From the NCBI GenBank assembly GCA_964016885.1, contig OZ024743.1:332754001-332818000 (forward strand): 64,000 nt of DNA, written 5' to 3'. The notes below the pieces were generated by a model. It searched no databases and had not been told where the DNA came from. It worked only from the letters and a program-made list of their open reading frames with translations. A program made the translations under genes and the position numbers. This document shows positions 10,500 to 21,000 of this stretch, piece by piece. Source of the DNA: Eledone cirrhosa. Lineage: Eukaryota. Within the stretch, counting starts at the first letter, position 1; the number at the start of each line of letters is the position of its first letter.

Positions 10500-13015
10500 C
10501 CCTTTAGCATTCACATTGAATTGTCAAATGTCATGTTCATCTATTCGCATTATTTTCACTTAATTATACTCAAGAGGGTTATCAATTTTATTTGTTTGTA
10601 ATTACTTTAATTTTCTATGTGCAGACTTGAAATTTTGTCAGTAGATGTTTAAATAACTATAATTTACAATTATATATTTTTACCTGATTTTTTTGTTAAA
10701 TTTGACTTTTATGGGCAGGTGAAATTAATTAACAGGTGTAAAAGTAATAACTTTATGGATAAACACAAAAAATTAAACTTTATCTGCCTTATCTGTTAGA
10801 TTTGTTGCAAAAAAATCCAATAATGATCTAGATGCTGATTTCCATCAATTCTAGCAGTTTTCCGAACAGGTGAATTAATAAAAAAAATGCAGGTGTAATC
10901 AGTACAAGGTTTTAGTCTTTCTCTATATTCCAGGCAAATATTTTCATTGAAAAAAATGTATAAAACCTTTTCACCAGTCAAAATAATATTGGCAATGTAC
11001 TCTTACACAATGTACGGTGTAAAATTACGTAACAGAATGTTCCCAATATATAAGTTCATTAACAGGTGTGATGCAGGTGTGTCACAGGTGAATGCAGGTG
11101 TTTTTGTATATGTGTGCTAATATATTTTTAAAATATTGTTTTCAATATTTCTATTGTGATACTGCCCAAAACACCCTTTACATAATGGCACTTTGCAAAA
11201 GGAACACATAAATAGGGTTTGGATTGCGTAACCTTTAACAGTTTTTCTCTTTTGCAAAGAGCACAATCGGCAAACCTTCCTCCTACCATCAATTCTCTCC
11301 ACTTTGTGAAAAATCAATATTTTCTTTGTGGACCACTGCTAATTTTGATTTTTTCCCAGCTTTGTGTTTGCGAGATATATCCTCCACGTAGCTGGGATGC
11401 AATGTCCACACGAAACTTCATATGACAGTAGTCCTTTGGTGGTGGCGGATCCTTGTGGCTTTTAGTAAATACAATAAAAGAATTCACAATGGTTAAATTC
11501 ACTAAAAACCACAAGATGTATCTCTACCATTTCTTTCCAGGGCGTCCAACTGGGTAATATGCACAATACTGGTCAGATTTGTCAACCCCACCCATATATT
11601 TATTGTAGGAGAGGTTAACTAAAGGTCTACCCTCAGCCCCAACACCTGGTTGTTGGTTAGAACTCAGGAACAAAATTTGCCGTTTGTCTTTGAACACTGT
11701 GGCTAACATGTTCTCTTTTTGCATTTGGAGAATGTCCCCTCTGTTTTTCAGTTTCGCCACTTTTATTTCTTGGGGTAGCCCTTTCCGATTGCTCATTATT
11801 GTGCCGCAGGTGTATGTATTTACAAGGGCAAGATCCTCTGCTAAAAGCACCGAAGAAAAAAAACGGTCAAAATAAATATGTCTGTGTTGAAAGTGGAAGG
11901 GTTGAGTCAGCGACCACACAACATCGTAACCCAACCCGTGTTTTCTCTCTCCGTTAAGTTTTTTTCCTGTGTAAACATCAAAGTTTACACAGTATCCTGT
12001 GTCCGATTCACACAGTTCCCACACTTTGATGCTCCATTTGGTGGGTTTAGCTGGCATATACTGTCTGAAATGAACCCTACCCTTATACCCAATCATAGCT
12101 TCATCAACACTAAGATATTTTTCTGACAACATTTCAATTAATGGTCGTACTTTGTACAGTGGGTCGTAATTTGATTCATTTCTACCAGGGGCATTTGAAG
12201 TATCAACCAGATGCAAATACTGGTTTAATTTTATGAATCTCGTTTTTGCCATAATACTAGATATATAAGGGTCACCAAACCTTATATCAGTACTCCAATA
12301 ATTCCACAGTCGTGGAAATTGTTTAATACCAAACATAATGTTTATAGTAAAAAATGCTTTCATTTCGGCAGAATCTGTCGGACGCCATAACAGATCAGGT
12401 TTTCCTCGGTTAGAAATTTGTTGTTGTGCATAGCGATTTGTCTCTTCAGCCACAACTTCGAAGAAAGTTTGTGGTAAAAATAAAAAAAAATAATCCAGTG
12501 CTTTAGCATCGGGTGGTAATGTGTGTTGTGGTCCAGTATTTTCAGTAAAATCCGAAACATGTATCGGTGTTGTTTCTTTCAACCACGTTGGTGTTTTTTC
12601 AATGGTGTCAGTTATATCTTCGCTTTCACTTTCAAAGTGACTATCATCATCATCAGATATATCAGAAATAAATATATCTGATTCGTTTGAAGATAAATCA
12701 CTGATATTATCTTCTGTTTCTTTTTTATCTTGAATGTCGTAGGATGTAAAACCTTCAAATTCGTTGTCGCTACTTTCGGAAGCCATGTTACACTTTCAAC
12801 GTTAAAAACATGTGTTATCGCAAGTTCTTTAACTATACTAAGAGTTAATTTTCGCGGGTAAGGGCTTTATCTCGCAGTAATCTCGAATTGACGAGATTTT
12901 GATGATGTCAATGTTTATTTTTAGAAGGAGATCTCCGTGTAGTATTAAATGTCGGTTTTTGTCGGTTTGAATAAATGAAAGGGGACATAATCTTGTCGGT
13001 TTGAATGCTAAAGGG
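10500..13015 (-). mobile_element. Full-length piggyBac DNA transposon (~2.5 kb) in a GANAB intron
   Basis: TTAA at 10496-10499 and 13016-13019. Perfect 14-bp TIRs CCCTTTAGCATTCA / TGAATGCTAAAGGG. Subterminal GTCGGTTT repeats at ~12951, 12961 and 12995. Internal transposase ORF. Confidence 0.96.
11117..12786 (-). pseudogene. piggyBac transposase (PGBD4-like DDD), disrupted
   Basis: Acidic N-terminus, LSVDEAMI, FRQYMPAKPTKW, IYFDRFF and YNKYMGGVDKSDQ. A premature TAG at 11526-11524 (KKW*RYILWFLVNL.IVNSFI continues in frame) and at least one frameshift near 11310-11380 precede the Cys-rich tail (CRLC...CSFCKVPLC..CF..YH). Confidence 0.92.
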
Positions 13016-13490
13016 TTAATGTAAAATAAAATTATAATTAGATTCTCCAGCTGCTGTACCAATATGAATCACAATAAATTTTGCCTGAGATAGGTTAGCT
13101 CTTCCATCATACCCTCACACCATTACCCACTTATCCTGGTCCTTCTGTTACTGTTCTGTTTTCTCTTATATCCACCCTCAAGGTCATGTCGCCTTCATGG
13201 AACTTAAGGTAGTGATTACTGTATAGTCTTACAAAGCCTAAGATAAACTCAGTAGTGTTGGTGTCATGATAAAATACAGCCAGTACACTCAGTAAAGTTG
13301 TAGTGCTGGTGTCATCATACCAAACCCACCTGAAACCTCCCCTGGTTCAGTGATAAAACTGTCCATTTTAAACTGTTCATATCTAAATTAAAACATTCCA
13401 TCAAAATTTTATGAAAGAATTTTTTTTAAGTTCTAAATAAGTTAATAAAAAAGTTATTTTACTACAGAAAACCTCAAAATTATTGATTGT

Positions 13491-13520
13491 TTAACCCTTT
13501 AGCATTTAAACTGGCTACTC
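13491..13520. mobile_element. Solo piggyBac/MITE terminus
   Basis: TTAA CCCTTTAGCATTTA at 13491-13508. No partner TIR recognised. Confidence 0.7.
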
Positions 13521-13626
13521 TATATTGTCTTAGTTATTCTGAAGAGGCTAAAGAGACATTTCCTTTCATCACATTCACTTTTTAGTGTTGTATTGAGTTT
13601 AACATTGTTCAGTGATTTGTACTTAC

Positions 13627-13787
13627 TTGATACCAGCGTGTTAGTAATTCTGGATCGGGGTTCCTAAAGAAACCTCCAACATCAGCCCCAGAGAATGGTA
13701 TTCCAGCAACATTCAAAGACAACATCATGGGAATTGTCATTTTCAAGTGACCCCATTCACCTGTATTATCACCTGTCCAAACAGCAG
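13627..13787 (-). CDS. GANAB: GANAB-like exon (acid/base catalytic motif)
   Basis: [54 protein letters not shown], with WTGDN and GADVGGF motifs. cag/gtaagt boundaries, phases 1 to 0. Confidence 0.95.
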
Positions 13788-14159
13788 CTGAAAAGAAGAG
13801 AAATGTTAAATAATTAAACAAAATGTTTGACTTAGGAAACATATGTGAAATGTGAACGTCCCAACACAAATGACCATAATAATAGTAGATCACTATACAT
13901 AATAGGTGAAGTATCTCTGAAGATGGAAAAAAGTAGACAGATGAGGTTGGCTTCCTCAAGAAATCAGTTTGAAAATAGTGAAGAATTTAGAAGGATTTAG
14001 CCGTCTAATCCATGTTAGCGTGGAAGAACGGACGTAAAACGGTGATGATGATGATGATGATTAGTCATAAAACTTTTATTATCAACCTGGTGTTTGGAGC
14101 ATAACTTGAAATTGTGATGGAAGCTTTTAGATAAATATATTTTAAAAGACGACAGCCTC

Positions 14160-15000
14160 CCTATTGTTTGGTGGTCTACACGATAAACACATCCAGTACA
14201 GACTGTAAAGTGATTAACGAAAGGAAGGGCATCCAGCCATAGAAATCTTGTTCAACAAAAGGGCCGGGAGAACCCTCAGTTGTGTGAAGACATAACCTCT
14301 TTTGTACTCTCGGAGAATTGATTGTACATAAAGCAAGGAGCAGATCCCTGGCCAACCTGGGAGATCAGTGGCTTCACTTCAGTACTAACTTGGTCTACGT
14401 AGAGCTGTCCCACCCTTGCTAGTCTTGTTTACAGTTTGGTTTGAAAAGGATCAATCAAGTTGAAAATAATTAACAAAATTATTCAAATGTGTACGTTGTC
14501 AATTATATTTTTTTAAATGAACTAAATAAAAATAATTCTTACCATATCTTTGAGAACCAGCAAAAACTGACCGTGTAAGAACAAATGAACGTTCTTGAAA
14601 GTTTGACCTTGCTAGAATGCCCTCCATCGTTGCACGATGCTAAAAAGGAAACAGGATTGTTGTTTCTTTTTAATGAATGGATGTTATTCAATACAAAAAG
14701 GTATTTTAATAGTCATTTATGGTGCCACAATAAAATGTACTCAGTACACTCTGCAAAGTGGCTGGTGTTAGGAATGGCATTCTGTTATAGAAGCCATGCC
14801 AAAAATTAGGGTTGAGAGAACTCTTCAGTTGCATCAGGGGCACGACAACCTCCCTGGTGCTGGTGTCATGATAAACACACCTTGTACACTCTGTAAAGTG
14901 GCTAGCGTTAAGAATGGTGTCCAGTTGTAGAAACCATGCCAAATCATGCCAGTATGGAAAGTTGACATAAAATGTTGAAAACAATGATTATGATGACGAT
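14160..15000 (+). mobile_element. Three copies (14160-14260, 14715-14805, 14855-15000) of an interspersed SINE/RTE-tail-like segment flanking a GANAB exon
   Basis: Each has gtg.cayrataaa..ac.cagtacactctgtaaagtg...taggaagggcatccagc.rtagaaacc. The last ends in a (GAT)-rich tail. Confidence 0.7.
14543..14639 (-). CDS. GANAB: GANAB-like exon
   Basis: Hand translation HRATMEGILARSNFQERSFVLTRSVFAGSQRY, matching the GH31 RPFVLTRS.FAGSQRY region. tttttag acceptor, gtaag donor, phases 0 to 1. Confidence 0.93.
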
Positions 15001-15173
15001 ATCAATTAGAACATTTATTTGCGATATATTCTCTATCTAACATTGACAAAGTTAATTAAAAAATTAACACATCATCAACAATTTTAAATTCTTTTCCCTC
15101 TGCTTGTAAACAAAAGAAGATTTCCTTTTAGAAAACAATCAGCATTCCAGAATATTATGTGGAACTTCTCAAA

Positions 15174-15311
15174 TTAAGCCATATTACTAATAAAAGACAC
15201 TGTCTATGATATTGAAAATAATCAAGAATTTGGAGGAATTTAATAATATAATTAACTTTCTCATTGTTAAACTGGTGTTTCAACGAAACTTAAAAGGTTC
15301 TTATATAAAAT

Positions 15312-15346
<35 letters not shown>

Positions 15347-16501
15347 AATTATTGTGTACAGTGCTCAGGTGCACTACAACTCATCAAAGGTGCATGTATA
15401 GTCATCATCATCATCATCATCAACGTTTAACGTCCGTGTTCCACGCTTGCATGGGTTTGGACGGGGGTAGTCCCACTTGAGGCAAGAGTGATTGTCTTGC
15501 TCGCATAGGACTGTCTGGCAGGTTTTCTACAGTTGGATGCCCTTCCTAACACCAACCACATTTACAGTGTGGGTCCATAGAATAATGTACAAATGTCAGG
15601 AAAATGAACAGTGCACGAGTCATGATACAATAACAATAATGAAATATTGTGTACAGTGCCCAGGTGCACCACAACTCATCAAAAAAGTGCATGTACAGTA
15701 CATAGGGCAATGCACAAACATCAGTAAAATGAACAGTGCACGAGTCATGATACACACATGTGTGCATGTGAATGGAAGGGGTACATCAGGTGTAGTTTTG
15801 GCGTATTTCGGGAAGCATGAGTGTCTTAAAGGATGCAGTGTCTCGGCAGCTAACAATTGACGCAAGCAGTTTGTTCCATGCTTCAGCAACTCTGAGCGTG
15901 AAAAGATGTCTACGAAAGTCATGGGAGCTGTGCTGTTTTCTGATCTTGTAGACATGTCCACGTGTGTTAGACACATGGAGATCAAAGAGGCGCTCAGGGT
16001 TGCAATTTGTGAGATGGTTAAAAAGTTTGTGGGTATTCACCAAGTCCATTGCCAGACGTCGGAGCTTCAATGAATCCATGCCCAGGGAAGCAAGGCGTTC
16101 AGAGTATGGTAGGTGTCTGATGGAGGGTATGCGCTTGGTTGCACGTCTCTGAACAGTTTCCAGGAGGTCAATGTTCTGAGCAAGATAGGGGTTCCAGACT
16201 GATGATGCGAATTCCAAGTGTGGTTGTACCATAGCTGTATACAGTTTTAAATAGATGGCTGGAGAGCGGCTAACAAAGGTCTTGCTGAGTGATGCCAAGA
16301 CACCCTCGGCCTTCTTGACAATCTTAGAGACATGCTTTGTCCAACGCAAATCGTTGCTGACAGTAATGCCCAGGTCACGTTCACAAGAGGACTTTTTGAT
16401 ATGATGGAAGGTGTTTAGATAAATATAATTATTTTAAAATAAGTAGCTTAATATCGAAGAACCAGGGATGGTTTCAAGTAGTTTGATATTAAAAGGGTTA
16501 A
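15174..16501. mobile_element. Second TTAA-ended MITE family copy, split by the CR1 insertion (arms ~15174-15312 and 16401-16501)
   Basis: Right end ...gaaccagggatggtttcaagtagtttgatattaaaagggTTAA. The joined arms (ctggtgttt...aaatt|atgatggaag..tttagataaatat) match related copies at ~13965-14150 and, inverted, ~13320-13480. Confidence 0.6.
15313..16400 (-). mobile_element. 5'-truncated CR1-type LINE (RT C-terminus, 3' UTR, (ATT)n tail)
   Basis: ERDLGITVSNDLRWTKHV..IVKKA...LYTAMVQPHLEFASSVWNPY....IDLLETVQRRATK....LPYSERL..L...SL..RR...DL...TRGH..K...RRHLFTLRV...WNKL is the typical CR1-clade C-terminal region. Microsatellite tail at 15313-15343. Confidence 0.9.
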
Positions 16502-16527
16502 ATAGAAAAATAGGAATCTATACTTAC

Positions 16528-16751
16528 CACATACATTCCATATACATTATGGATATCCCGGTGTTCCCATCCATTTACATGAACTAAATCTTTTGGCATT
16601 GTAATCTCTGGTCCATTGAATACAGATGGCTCATTCATATCATTCCATATAAATACATCTTGTGTAGTTCCTTTGTACTCTTTCAAATCAAATTTACTGG
16701 CCCACCATTCACGTACAGTGGGATTCACAAAATCAGGCCAGCTGGACGAAC
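16528..16751 (-). CDS. GANAB: Glucosidase II alpha subunit (GH31), first coding exon visible in window (internal exon with catalytic nucleophile motif)
   Basis: Translates (G)[20 protein letters not shown]...[21 protein letters not shown]...[19 protein letters not shown] is the GH31 nucleophile motif. Acceptor ttttcag at 16754-16752, donor gtaagt at 16527. Confidence 0.95.
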
Positions 16752-16924
16752 CTGAAAAATCAATAAGATTCAATAGATTTCAATATGATTTCAATATGAA
16801 ATAAATGTTTCTTTTCTAAAAGTATGTTAGCTTATTATATGCTGTTACAACATGGGTTTCATTATAAATTAATTTGACTATAAATAAATCGGGAATAGAA
16901 ATGTCTGTGGGAATTTGAATTCAC

Positions 16925-17220
16925 ATCATCTACTTTTTCTTTGCCCGCTTATTATATTCCTGGGAGGGTTGTGGGGGCAGAATCCTCAAATACTCTTTCC
17001 AACAGGTCCTGTCAGAAGCAACAGTCTCCAATTGATCCAGCTGGATCACAAGCGAGACCAGCTGAGCTCATGGTTGTTATCTATCTTGCTCAGGGTCTAC
17101 CCCTGGCTATTCTGCTGGTTGGTTTTGCCCGTAAAATCTGTCCAGCGATTCTTCCCTGAGACAGTCTAACCACATGTCCATAGAATTAGAACTGGGATCT
17201 CTCAATTTGGAGAAATTGTA
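16925..17220 (-). mobile_element. Decayed RTE-clade LINE 3' fragment (different family)
   Basis: Minus strand reads LQIERSQF*FYGHVVRLSQGRIAGQILRAKPTSRIARGRP*AR*, the RTE C-terminal signature with stops. Confidence 0.7.
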
Positions 17221-17406
17221 TTTTTTTTTATGGTTTAGCTAAGAGGAAATGGCAGTTTCCATGGCCTTCCTAAGTCTTCTGAGACTTGCAACATTGTTAC
17301 AGTTAATGTTTAGAATGAATCTCAGTAAGTTGCCATCTGCAGGAAAATTGTGGGTGAGAAGAGGGTTAAACTATGTCAAAGTTACACAACTGTCGATATA
17401 TGTGAA

Positions 17407-17690
17407 GGAGTGAGTGCGGCTTAGTGGTTAAGGTGTTGGGCTCACAATTGTAAAGTTGTGAGTTCAATTTCCAGACCGGTGGCATGTTGTATCCTTGAAC
17501 ATGACCCTATATTTCAGATTACTCAAGTTCAGCTGGAAAAAAATGAGTTGTATCTATAATTCAAAGAGCCTGCCTTGTCACACTGAATCTCCCTGAGAAT
17601 CATGTTAAGTGCACATATTACTGGGGAATTCTCAGCTATTTACTTAATCTCCTGAGCAGGCTGTTCCATTGATCATTCATAACCAATGGA
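17407..17690 (+). mobile_element. tRNA-derived SINE
   Basis: A-box gcggcttagtgg (17416-17427), B-box gagttcaatttc (~17460), CORE-like tccttgaacatgac, and body ctgaatctccctgagaat...gttaag shared with copies at 1-460 and 4810-5140. Confidence 0.8.
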
Positions 17691-18030
17691 GGTCTAACAC
17701 AACACACAACATGTATAAGATCTATATAAATATCTTATTTAATTGTTTAGTGAGAGAGGTGGGTGCCACAAGCCACCAGGCCAGCTCTGATCTAAGGCAT
17801 TCCAACAGTGATCATTCCATCTTTTTCCCAAACATGATATCTACATCATTCAAAATACAACATCAACAACTTCCCTACTTAGTAGGGACCTATGCCAGGC
17901 TTCATACTTACCATGGTAATACTTTAGGGCTGGATGGCTTTTCTGAAACCAACCCTTTTAGTCAATACAACATGCAGCTTGTATTAGGAGCATCTTATTG
18001 TGAAACCAGCACTACTACCTTTCAGGATGA

Positions 18031-21000
18031 ACTGGGTATTTTATTGAGCTATCAACACAACCCCTTTACAAAGTAGACTGGGAGTGTTTTATTGAGCTAT
18101 AAACACAACCACTTTACAAAGTAGACTGGGAGTGTTTTATTGAGCTATCAACACAACTTTACAAAGTAGACTGGGAGTGTTTTATTGAGTTATCAACACA
18201 ACTTTACAAAGTAGACTGGGAGAGTTTTATTGAGTTATCAACACAACCACTATACAAAGTAAACTGGGAGTGTTTTATTGAGCTATCAACACAAGCACTT
18301 TACAAAGTAGACTGGGAGTGTTTTATTGAGCTATCAACACAACTTTACAAGGTAGACTAGGAATGTTTTATTGAGGTTTCAACACAACTTTACAAAGTAG
18401 ACTGGGAGCGTTTTATTGAGCTATCGATACAACCACTTTACAAAGTAGACTGGAAGTGTTTTATTGAGCTATCGATACAACCACTTTACAAAGTAGACTG
18501 GGAGTGTTTTATTGAGCTATCAACACAACCACTTTACAAAGTAGACTGGGAGTGTTTTATTGAACTATTAACACAACCACTTTACAAAGTAGACTGGGAG
18601 TGTTTTATTGAGCTATCAACACAACTTTACAAAGTGGGATGGGAATGTTTTATTGAGCTATCAACACAACTTTACAAAGTAGACTGGAAGTGTTTTAATG
18701 AGCTATCAACACAACTTTACAAAGTAGACTGGAAGTGTTTTAATGAGCTATCAACACAACTTTACAAAGTAGACTGAGTGTTTTATTGAGCTATCAACAC
18801 AACTTTACAAAGTAGACTGGAAGTGTTTTATTGAGCTATCAACACAAGCACTTTACAAAGTAGACTGGGAGTGTTTTATTGAGCTATCAACACAACTTTA
18901 CAAGGTAGACTAGGAATGTTTTATTGAGGTTTCAACACAACTTTACAAAGTAGACTGGGAGCGTTTTATTGAGCTATCGATACAACCACTTTACAAAGTA
19001 GACTGGAAGTGTTTTATTGAGCTATCGATACAACCACTTTACAAAGTAGACTGGGAGTGTTTTATTGAGCTATTAACACAACCACTTTACAAAGTAGACT
19101 GGGACTGTTTTATTGAGCTATCAACACAACTTTACAAAGTGGGCTGGGAGTGTTTTATTGAGCTATCAACACAACAACTTTACAAAGTAAACTGGGAGTG
19201 TTTTATTGAGCTTATCAACACAACAACTTTACAAAGTAGACTGGGAGTGTTTTATTGAGCTATCAACACAACCACTTTACAAAGTAGACTGGGAGTGTTT
19301 TATTGAGCTATCAACACAACTTTATAAAGTAGACTGGGAGTGTTTTATTGAGCTATTAACACAACCACTTTACAAAGTAGACTGGGAATGTTTTATTGAG
19401 CTATCAACACAACAACTTTACAAAGTATACTGGGAGTGTTTTATTGAGCTATCAACACAACCACTTTACAAAGTAGATTGGGAGTGTTTTATTGAGCTAT
19501 CAACACAACTTTATAAAGTAGACTGGGAGTGTTTTATTGTGCTATCGAAACAATCACTTTACAAAGTAGACTGGGAGTGTTTTATTGAACTATTAACACA
19601 ACCACTTTACAAAGTAGACTAAGAGTGTTTTATTGAGCTATCAACACAACTTTACAAATTAGACTTGGAGTGTTTATTTAAGCTATCAACACAACTTTAC
19701 AAAGTGGGCTGGGAGTGTGTTATTGAGCTATCAACACAACTTTACAAAGTAGACTGGGAATGTTTTATTGAGCTATGAACATAACCACTTTACAAAGTAG
19801 ACTGGGACTGTTTTATTGAGCTATCAACACAACTTTACAAAGTGGGCTGGGAGTGTTTTATTGAGCTATCAACACAACTCTTCAAAGTGGGCTGGGAGTG
19901 TTTTATTGAGCTATCAACACAACCACTTTACAAAGTAGACTGGGAGTGTTTTATTGAGCTATCAACACAACTCTTCAAAGTGGGCTGGGAGTGTTTTATT
20001 GAGCTATCAACACAAATTTACAAAGTAGACTGGGAGTGTTTTATTGAGCTATTAAGACAACCACTTTACAAAGTAGACTGGAAGTGTTTTATTGAACTAT
20101 CAACACAACCACGTTACAAAGTAGACTGGGAGTGTTTTATTGAGCTATCAACACAACTTTACAAATTAGACTTGGAGTGTTTTATTAAGCTATCAACACA
20201 ACTTTACAAAGTGGGCTGGGAGTGTTTTATTGAGCTATCAACACAACTTTACAAAGTAGACTGGGAATGTTTTATTGAGCTATCAACACAACAACTTTGC
20301 AAAGTAGACTGGGAGTGTTTTATTGAGCTATTAACACAACCACTTTACAAAGTAGACTGGGAGTGTTTTATTGAGCTATCAACACAACCACTTTACAAAG
20401 TAGACTGGCAGTGTTTTATTGAGCTATCAACACAACCACTTTACAAAGTAGACTGGGACTGTTTTATTGAGCTATCAACACAACTTTACAAAGTGGGCTG
20501 GGAGTGTTTTATTGAGCTATCAACACAACTTTACAAAGTAAACTGGGAGTGTTTTATTGAGCTATCAACACAACAACTTTACAAAGTAGACTGGGAGTGT
20601 TTTATTGAGCTATCAACACAACCACTTTACAAAGTAGACTGGGAGTGTTTTATTGAGCTATCAACACAACTTTATAAAGTAGACTGGGAGTGTTTTATTG
20701 AGCTATTAACACAACCACTTTACAAAGTAGACTGGGAATGTTTTATTGAGCTACCAACACAACAACTTTACAAAGTATACTGGGAGTGTTTTATTGAGCT
20801 ATCAACACAACCACTTTACAAAGTAGATTGGGAGTGTTTTATTGAGCTATCAACACAACTTTATAAAGTAGACTGGGAGTGTTTTATTGTGCTATCGAAA
20901 CAATCACTTTACAAAGTAGACTGGGAGTGTTTTATTGAACTATTAACACAACCACTTTACAAAGTAGACTAAGAGTGTTTTATTGAGCTATCAACACAAC

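Noticed and set aside
11524-12786. Domesticated PGBD gene lacking the Cys-rich domain
   Set aside because: TIRs and TSD are intact and the missing C-terminus is present behind a stop and frameshift, so ordinary decay is the simpler explanation.
17407-17480. tRNA gene
   Set aside because: A and B boxes are present, but there is no convincing cloverleaf and the sequence runs into a SINE body repeated elsewhere in the window.
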